The translations under genes were made by a program, and so were the position numbers. A stretch of DNA of 64,000 nt from NCBI RefSeq assembly GCF_009914755.1, contig NC_060925.1; one strand, written 5' to 3'. The notes below the pieces were generated by a model. That model worked only from the letters and a program-made list of their open reading frames with translations, was not told the DNA's origin and did not search any database. Shown here piece after piece: positions 54,921-64,000 of the stretch. The first letter of the stretch is position 1. The number at the start of each line of letters is the position of its first letter. Origin of the DNA: the human T2T-CHM13v2.0 reference genome, Homo sapiens.

Positions 54921-56159
54921 CACGTGGACACAGGAAGGGGAACATCACACACTGGGGCCTATTGTGGGGTGGGGGGAGGGGGGAGGGATAGCATTTGGAG
55001 ATATACCTAATGTTAAATGATGAGTTACTGGGTGCAACAAACCAACATGGCACATGTATACATATGTAACAAACCTGCACGTTGTGCACGTGTACCCTAA
55101 AACTTAAAGTATAATAAAAAAATTCATTGCAGATCTAGTATGTGCCAGATTAGTCCTTCTCAAAGCCTGGTTCCTGGACAGATTGCACCAACATCCCCCG
55201 AGATGCAAATTAGAAGTGCAAATAAATTATTGAGCCACACCACGGTCCTACAGCTTGAGAAACTTGAGGTGGGGCCCAGCAACTCATATTTTAATAAATC
55301 CTCAGGTGATGCTGATGCACACTAAAACCACCGTGCTAAGTGTTTTACATTAATAATCTCATTCAATTCCATACAAGCCTAAAGAGGTGGGAAGTATAAT
55401 AATATCCCTGATTTACAGATGACAAACATGGGGTTTGGAGAGGTTAGTGGCCTGCTCCAGGTCCTCACCTGGTAAGGGAGCCCCAGGTCTGTGTAACCCA
55501 CACCACTGCCCTCTCCCCTCACTACCTTGATGCCTCCCAGAAGTGAGATGCTTTTGTTCCAAGAGGGCTTCCTGTAGGCAGATGTGGGAGCAGGAGTCAC
55601 TGGTGACACTGGAGCATTCTCCTGGGCTGATGGGTAGAATAGACAGCTATTTTTACTAGGTTTGCAAGACCAGCTGGATTGTTATCATCTATGAAACTAG
55701 GCAAACATCTAGCACTAGGACTGTCCCATTCTCGGGCTGGAGCTAAGAAGACATCGCTACTAGTTTGCAATATTCCCAGGGCACCTACCATCTGCTAAGC
55801 ATGAGCTTCCGCAACATTGAGACCTGTTGTAACCACTGACAATGATGTCGCCTTCAAGGATGGATTAAGTTCCTACTACTTGAAGGCACTGTGCTAGAGG
55901 CTTTACAATATATTCTTCTCCTGGTGTTATTATGCCCTTTAACAGATAAAACCGTTGAGGCTCAGAGAGACGCGGGGACAACAGCTCTTACGCAACGGGG
56001 CAGGGTTCTGGCCTGCATACTCTAAGGATGATTTCTTCCATTATGCTATCGTTTGAGAAGACAGGAGGGAGTAGGGGAGAACGGTGGGGGCTCCCAGCAA
56101 AAGGACAAGACCCTCAGGGCCTGGGGTAGAACTGGAAGCCCACTCTTGACAATCAGTCC

Positions 56160-56915
56160 TTACCCAGGAGCACAGAGTCAGGGAAATCTGGTCCCAGCAC
56201 CCATGCCCCCTTCCCCTCCTGGCTCCCTGACGCAGGAGAAAGCCCCCTGGGACTCACTGCGGGCCGGCGGGCACCTGTCACTGATGGGAAGAGCTCCTGT
56301 TTCCTTGCCTTGTGCCAAGAGGGCCCAAGGCAGACCTGCCAGCAGCCACGAGATGGCGCTGCGATCCAGGCGACTCCGGGCCCTGCAGCCACCCTCCCCG
56401 AGGCTGCCCCGCGGAGGACCCAAGCGGTCGTGGAGGACGCTCTCCCACTCCCCAACTTCCCTCTTCCCTCCCTCCTCCTTCCTCGCCCCCTGGCCCTGCG
56501 AAGAGTGGAGGCCGCATCAGGGAGCCCTAGGCCCAAGGGCGGGCTAGGACTCCCCAGTGACTCCCAGGCAGCCCGGGGACAGCTGCTTCTCCCCTCCCCT
56601 GCCCTCCCTTCCTCTTTCCCTGGGCTCCTCCCCAGCCGGGCCAGCCAGTCCTGGGCCACTGCGCTCCCACAGCACAACTGAAGCAGGATCGCAACTCGCA
56701 GACTTAACGACTGCACAACTAAACATCAAAAATGAACTCTTCGTTAGAAGACATCCCTCTGCTTGAAAACGTAGCCGTCGAAGTTCCCTCTATGTGTCAA
56801 AAATAAGTTATGCGTAGGAGCCAGAGTCCCGTGCCTGGTGTCACCTCTCTTTCCCAAAATCCTCTCCCATCAAGAAAACCATGCATGTGCGTGGGTCCGC
56901 GCGCGCGCACTTGGA
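56160..56915 (-). promoter_or_regulatory. GC/CpG-enriched patch; candidate promoter and first exon of a minus-strand non-coding transcript
   Basis: Local CpG enrichment, CGCGCGCGC at ~56898-56908, minus-strand donor TGG|GTAAGG at 56164/56163. Confidence 0.4.
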
Positions 56916-57906
56916 GAGGTAGAATTTTGAGTTGAAAATCTGAATCTACCATGAAAAATTGTGTGACACCAAGCAAGTGTTTTAAGACTCTTTGAGCCTC
57001 AATTTTCTCATCCATAAAGTGGAAATAATACCAGTAATCACTTCATGGGCTGTTGGAAAAATTAAATACATCTAAACCATTTACAGGTGCTTTAACACAT
57101 AGTAAGTACTCAGTAAATATTATTTCTTTTCCTCTGACACTTATGGTGTGTGTCCATCATTTGGCATTCAATGCAGGCAGCCTTGCGTTTTTGGCTAATT
57201 TCTCCTATAGGACATCCCACCCCCAAGGGCCGTGTCTTGCATATCTGTATGTTCAGGAGCACCCAGCACAGACTCTCGCCTGGTGCATAGTAATTAGAGT
57301 GGGCCATAGTGACCACCAAAAACCACGGCCTCTGGCTTCAATTCTGCCTCCCTCCTGTCTTCTCTCAGGTGCTGGCTTCATGCACAACCCTGCTAGCGCA
57401 GCTACCTAGTGTCCTCTCCTCCACTTCTCTGCTTTGGGGCGGGTGGTGCCCAGCTTTCAGTGGTGAGACCTGTAGCCTTTTGCTCTCTGCTAGGCCAGGG
57501 AGCCCCTTCTGAGAGGGTAAGGGGGGCCAGGGTGGAAGGGGCATGGTTCTTGTTTTGTGTCCTGGAGAGAGTGTGCTCCATATAAAGCCTGCTTGAGCAG
57601 AGGAGAAGAAGCCGGCCCCGGCACCTTAGCCTTGACCCAGGTTCGTATGGTGTGGAGCCCTTGCTTCTGCTGTGATCGGGCCCAAAAGGTTAACAAGTCA
57701 GTTTGTAGAGGTCTGTGTCTGGGAGTTCTTTGGGGTTTTTATTTGTGTCTTTCCTGACTTTTCTATCTCTGAGAGTCAAGTCTTTCTTCCACATCTCTGT
57801 CTTGCACTGCAGTTCCCCAGTGCGCAATCATTCCATGTGTGTTGACGGACTGCAGGGCACATTGGCTCTGAAGGCTTTACCAAGCTGGCTCTCAGTCATA
57901 TATATA

Positions 57907-58205
57907 TTTTTTTAATTTTTGAGACAGGGTCTCACTCTGTTGCCCAGGCTGGAGTGCAGTGGCACAATCATGGCTCATAGCAGGCTCGAACTCTGGGGTT
58001 CAAGCGATCCTCCCACCTCAGTCTTCTGAGTAGTTGGGACTACAGGTGCCTGCCACCACACCTGGCTAATTTTTATTTTATATTTTAGAGATGGGGATCT
58101 CATCATGTTGCCTGGAGCTGATCTCAAACTCCTGTGCTCAATCAATCCTCCCTCCTAGGCCTCCCAAAGCGCTGGGATTGCAGGAGTGAGCCAACAAACC
58201 TGGCC
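57907..58205 (-). mobile_element. AluJ
   Basis: gagacagggtctcactctg...caatcatggctca...gcgatcctcccacctcag...tggcc. Confidence 0.92.
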
Positions 58206-61111
58206 TCAATCAGGTCTTTAACCGTCCAATTTATTCAATTCTGCCAGAGGGCCCCCTGCTGAAGCTGTTCACAGATTGCTCTGATATCATTAAAAAGCTA
58301 ACCACATATGCAAATGAAGTGTTGGAGGTGTGAGGGTGGCTTGGGGTAGACAGTGCTTCTGGTTCATCTAGGAAGGCTTCCTGGTGGGGGAAGGGGAGGG
58401 GCTGAAGTTGTCATTGAAAAGGATGGAGTTTGATACAATGAGGGGGGTGGTGTGGTTTTAGGCCATAACCCTCCCTTTCCTGGGGCAGGTCCTCACATGA
58501 GTCATTCCAGAGTTCCCTTGCTGGTCAGTGGGAACATTCTAGTGTGTGACATCTCCCTGGCAACAAGCTGAGTTCCTGGAAAACAACAATCACAGAGAGA
58601 CAGTCCACCACCTCTACCCTCTTAACTCTTCCTTAGAAATCCTACTGTCTGCAGCTGGGAATGAATGGAATGAAGGTCAAGGATGAAGTAATAACCAAAT
58701 ATTGGGTTTTGGGTGCCCTGGTAACTGTCCGGTTTCCAGTTAGGGTTCCTGGGTGACATCTTCCTTCTGGGGGAAGACAGAGTCAAATGAGAAACGTGAG
58801 TTGAGCCCAGGGGAAAGGATCATCCGGGAGATGCCTGAGGGGCTCCAGGGCATCGTAATCTCTTGCTCAGCTGGCAGAGTGGGGCTGACACGGCCAGCTG
58901 CTCTCTGGAGTCCTCGGCCTTCCTGTTTCCCCCTGAGGACTTTGAGTGGGGAATCTAAACCATATGTCTCTGATTCATTTACTGTGAACTCATCAAGTTG
59001 CTGTTTGGCAAGAGTCCTTGGATGTCTCGGAAGAGCTTTTGGTTTGGTTTCATTTGTTCTTTCTAGTGCTTTTCCTTTGAAATAGGAAGTTTATGTTTGC
59101 CAAAAATAAGTTGAAAAGCTAGATTTGATATTGGATCAGAGCATAAAAAGAAATCAAGAAGATATTATCCTTTGTGTTTCCCTATTTTTAACTTCGCAAT
59201 GCAGGCAAGTCATAGCTGACATTTAATTCTGCGAATTGGGTGCTATCATTATCCCCATTTTACAAATGAGAAAACTAAAGCCCAGAGTGGTTAAGTAAAT
59301 TGCCCAAGTCCACATAGCTAGTAAAGTGGCAGCTTTATATACGTGCACAGTAGCATCACCAAGGGCCTATCTTGCTTTTAGGGGCCTATGTAAATATTTT
59401 AATTTCTTTTAAAATCAGAAAAAATGAACTTGATGTTGAAAGAGAATTTAATGTATTTATCTTTCTACCAACACAGTCATATAAAGTTTAACCCTTTCAG
59501 AAGCAGCACCATCTTGAGTACCAGGGAGAATGAGAGAGAGAATGGAAGGAGCAGTGGTTGGGTGTCCACTGTGCTCGGCGGGGCTGACCACTGTGTGAAA
59601 GTGGCCCAGATGCCACGTCAGCCCCCTCACTGAGGGGACTAAGCCCACACCCTAAGATAGAGAAGACTGTATTTAATAAAGTGCCACTGGGCTTTGACTA
59701 GGTAGATCACACGAGGCTTCACGAAGGAGCTGGGATTTGAGAAGAGGGTTAAACATGAAAGGATGGGAAAGTAGAGACAATTTGAGGAATGGAGAATTCC
59801 CTGTATGGGGGGAGACTGGGGGTAGCTGATGTAGAGGTTGTGTTAATTATTAGTTAAAACTCGGTTTCTAAACTACTTTTGAATTGTATTTTGTTTGTAT
59901 TTCACTTTGAAGATCTGCATCTAGCTGTTATTTGTTTTCATTCTGTCAGTGATAATTAAAGCTCAATTGTTACTTAAACTCACAAATGATTATCTTCTGT
60001 AATAGAAAGGTAAACAGGACTTTTGTTTTCGTTCATTTTGTTATTTCCTGTTAGAGGTTAACTAATATTCATTCTTTAGCAGTTTATGTCTATATAGCAG
60101 ACATAGATGTAGCAGGTATAGATATTGCTGTTTAGCAGCAATAATTAGGAAATTGTCCAAAAGGTCATAGGAAACCATCTCACTTCCTTATTTTTGCACC
60201 AAAATGACATACCAAACATTGCAGTGTGATTTCCATGGAAAGGACTCATGGTTTACAAACAGTGCCCCTCAGAGACAGGACTTGGTAAAGACACCTTGGG
60301 GGACAAGGGGGTAGGCAAGGCGGGCAGGGAGTGGCCGGGGGGTAAGCAGCAAGTGGGTGCTGAGGTCCTTTTCCCTGCTTTAACCTGATCAGGCTGTTTA
60401 CATATGGTAGGGTTTCTAGAAAAGATTTCATTTTTTAAAAGGGGGATCCTCTGAAAAAAATGAATTTGAAAACCACTGCTATAAAAACTTTAAGAAAGTT
60501 AAAATCTCTAGGAACTAGGTGGTTTATTTCTTTATTCTCTGCCTATTCCAGGAATAACCTAAGATGGCTTATCAAATATTAATACATATCATTCAGCAAG
60601 TTTTTTTAAGCAAAGCAGAAATGGAAAGAAGGAAAAATAATGATAGAGACGTCAGACATCCCCAGGGCAAGGTTCATGCACCAATGTACCCGAGGAGGAG
60701 CAGGCCAGCAGGGCTGGGCGGCACAGGCTGCAGCTGGCAGGCCTGGTTCACAGAAGGGTCATGCAGACGCAAGCCATCCTCCCTCTGCAGGATGAGGCGA
60801 TGGTGGCCTGGGCAGAGCCCTGAGATCCTGTGGAAGCTCCTAGGATATTAGTGAGAGTCCTTGGGAGGTTTGTTTGACTTTGCACAAGCGCGTCGTTCTC
60901 CATCCCAGCCACCATCTTTGTCCTTTCCTTCCTTAAAGACGCATAAACCATGGCAAGTGGAGGTCTCTGCCTGCCCACCCGGCTGTCCTCAGTCCTCTGG
61001 CCACACACCCTTCACACCCTAGTCACCCCCCAATCAAAAATGATCAAAAGCCAAATTTGATCATTTGTCTTGGGTTTACTCTGGGCCAGGTACAATTCCA
61101 AGTACTTCATA

Positions 61112-61528
61112 CATTCAGTCCTCCATGTCTGTGGGTTCAACCAACAGTGGATAGAAAATATTTTTAAAAAACCAAACATCTGTACTGAATATCTACATTT
61201 TTTTCTTGTCATTATTCCCTAAACAATAAAGTATAACAACTATTTACATAGCATTTACATTGTATTAGGAATTATAAGTAATCCGGAGTTGATTTAAAGT
61301 ATACAGGAGGATGTGCATAAGTCAATGTAAATACTAAGCCATTTTATGTCAGGGACTTGAGCGTCTTTGGATTTTGATGTCCATGAAGACTGCTAGGTAA
61401 ATTACTGTGTGGTTTCTCCCTGAGTCATCAGCGCAGGGATGAGGTTGGAGGAGCGAGGTTTTCCTGCCAGTATTTGGGTTCTCTTTACCCGAAGAAACCA
61501 ATCCCCGGAAGATACTGAGAGACAACTG
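61112..61528 (-). mobile_element. MER2 (Tigger-type) DNA transposon with a ~105-bp foreign insert
   Basis: TA at both ends (61110-61111, 61529-61530); body ttgtcattattccctaaacaat...tataacaactatttacatagcatttacattgtattagg...gggacttgagc matches MER2 as I recall it. Confidence 0.8.
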
Positions 61529-64000
61529 TATGTGTTAACACTTTTGATTCACACAACATCCCTATGAGGTGGGTAATATTATCATCCCCATTTAACAGAT
61601 CAAGAAACCGAGGCACAAAGAGGTTAAACAACTTGCTCAAAGTCATACATCTGGTGACAGAGCCGAGATTTGAAAGCAGTTTGGTTCTGCGCTCTTTCTA
61701 CTCTACCGTGGAGCCCCAATTTCCCAACTCATTACAACCTGCTGGTTGCAGAGTGGGACGTTATGCTGTCCCTGAGGCTGAAGCCCCAGGTTTTACCCTC
61801 AAGTGAGCTACTCAGTCACACCTTGGCCTGTCCTGTTTGGGGGCCACAGATGGCACCTTGCAGTCTGTCCAGCCATTTGTTGATATTGCAGATCCCAAAG
61901 AGAACCCAAGGTTGGAAGGAGTAAGGGAGCTCAAGGCAGGCTTTTCTCACAAAGGAAAAGGCAGCAAAGAAGTAGGATATGCAAGACAGGATCTTGGTTG
62001 CTCCATGGTTTCATCTTATCAATAATAATTGATGTTATGACAGATACCACTTAGAGCCAGACACTGTTCTAGGCATTTTACATTCATGATCTTATTTAAT
62101 CCTCAAAGCAACTGAGCAAGGTAGGTATTATTAGTCTCACTGTACCAGGAGGAAATTGAGACCTAGAGGCCACAGTGAATTCATCTCTGCTTTTCCCCAG
62201 GCCATAGCACCCAAGTTTTCTACGTGGTCACCACCCTTGTGCCCTCTACACCCATTTGCACAGAAGCTGCTTCATGAGGGTTCTCAGGATCTGTATTTGC
62301 TTCTGCTCCTGCCTGTCAGTTCCTCAAAAGCCAAGGCTGTGCTCACTAGTTCTCTTCACGTCCTTCCTCTCTAACTCCAAGAGCCCCACAGAAAGCTCTT
62401 CGTAAGGTAGGCTCTGGTTCGATGCTGCAACTTCACAGCTAGGATGACATCAGCAGCTGGCACCGCTGGTGGAAATGCAGAAATGAGGAAACAGCCAAAA
62501 ACAGAGTTCCCCGATCCTTCTTCACCCCCGACAACTCCTTACTTGCATATATATGCATAAAGGATGAGTCTGCCTAAACACCTTAGAAAAATGCCTACCC
62601 TTGAGCGTCCAAGCCTCAGCTGTGTAAATCATCATGCAAATGAGGCAGCAGCTGTGGGCCTGGTTGCCAGAGCCATTTGTGTCCTCTCACACCTAAAGAA
62701 AACACAAATACTGGTAGGAAAAGCCCGCTCCTCCAGCCTCATCCCTGCCCTGATGACTCAGGGAGAAACCACACAGTAATTTACCTAGCAGGCTCCAGAA
62801 GCAGCCTCTTCACTTCCCTGCCAACCCTCCTCACCCACCCGCACCCCCGCACAGGCAGGGGGAGGTGATAATAAGCAGGCTCTTACCAGCTGTCTTTGCA
62901 GGGGCAGCGAAAATGATTGCTCAGCCTTGTTCAGGAGAACATACTCCCCCAGCCCTGGCTAATTCTTGGGCATGTGGGGCATGGGAAGGAAACTGGTGCC
63001 AGGCTGGCTCAGGTCTTAGAAAAGTGTCATTCATCTGGACAGTGCACGGACTTTGTAACAACTTAGTGATGGAACCAAAGCTTACTTTTGTGCCATTTAT
63101 GAGGGAACTAATTTATAAGCAAAGGAACTCAACTATTTGCTCATTTATTCAATGTATACATGACAACACAATAAAGGAGAGTTTTTTTAAAAAAAAAACC
63201 CTAAAAATGGCTGTTATTAGCATGAAAAATCAGCTGTAGCACTTTAGCCTATGGGAGAGAATTAGGCATTTTCAAGTTGTTTCAAGGGTCTTGAGTTTAG
63301 TAAAAAAACAGACCTAGAAATTTCAAATAATGCTTTTCTCTTTATTGAGGTAGATTCACAGAACCCCCTTCTTGTCAACCTCTCTCACTCCATGCAATGA
63401 AAATACATAGCCTTCAAAAAAAATAAAAAAGGCACTTGTGTTTTACAATTTTTAAATAATTTACTTCTTCAAATTTTCAGAATATCTTCCCTACCTCAAT
63501 TATTCTGAATGGATGAGATAACTCAAAAGCATGTTTTTATAAAGTGACTTTGGCTTTGGAATGTATTATTTGGGGTGCATTTGTAAGTCCTCTACATTCC
63601 AAGTTTGGTCTGTAGACCAGCAGCATTGGCATCACCTGGAAGCTTGATTGAAATGCAGAATCTTCAGTTCCTGATTCTCCTGGTCCAGGAGCTGCAATTT
63701 AGCAAGATCTCCGGGTGCTTTCAATGCACATTGAAGTTCAAGAAGCACCTGTTGGATATCGTCCTCATGGGCAATGGCCTGACTTTGAGAGTTTTTGCTT
63801 TGCTCCCAATGATGCTAGAAGGGCTGGTTCTCTCGGAGCAAGTGGTAGTGTTCTGAGGACAGCTGGTACTAGACCTTGTTGGGGTTTGGCCTCAAAAACA
63901 GATCAAGTGGGTGGGTTCACACACCATGACCTTGGCAGCTGGCCTCCAGATCAGGAGGAGCAACAAGGACATTTCTTGAGCTACCTGTTGGATTCCCCTT

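Noticed and set aside
59850-60250. AT-rich stretch with homeobox/FOX-like motifs that might be a conserved non-coding element
   Set aside because: Conservation cannot be judged from one sequence, and such motifs are expected by chance in AT-rich DNA.

Overview
Human (primate) genomic DNA, recognisable as the ATF3-GARIN4(FAM71A) region of chr1q32.3; there is no prokaryotic content. The window opens in the CpG island just downstream of the ATF3 non-coding first exon. It contains all three ATF3 coding exons (181 aa bZIP; 5959-6198, 9062-9169, 10293-10490), the splice sites for the deltaZip isoforms and the 3'UTR. Next come the intronless GARIN4/FAM71A ORF (15813-17597, 594 aa), a decayed riboflavin kinase (RFK) processed pseudogene (~38.1-42.3 kb), a full-length but dead L1PA3/4-age LINE-1 (48964-55117, 17-bp TSD) and many Alu, LTR and DNA-transposon relics. 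Most ORF-track entries are noise. The most interesting unexplained structures are: (1) a 74-bp non-Alu inverted repeat in ATF3 intron 1 whose left arm covers a cryptic exon that, if included, would add two uORFs overlapping the ATF3 start codon (ATF4-like logic); (2) a perfect 22-bp hairpin plus a G-quadruplex in the ATG-free GARIN4 leader; (3) an L1-mobilised, apparently spliced, LTR-polyadenylated host/ERV chimeric retrocopy nested in the RFK pseudogene; (4) an intact, extended L1 ORF0 reading into flanking DNA; (5) a tightly spaced inverted Alu pair in ATF3 intron 2. All functional interpretations are hypotheses from sequence only.
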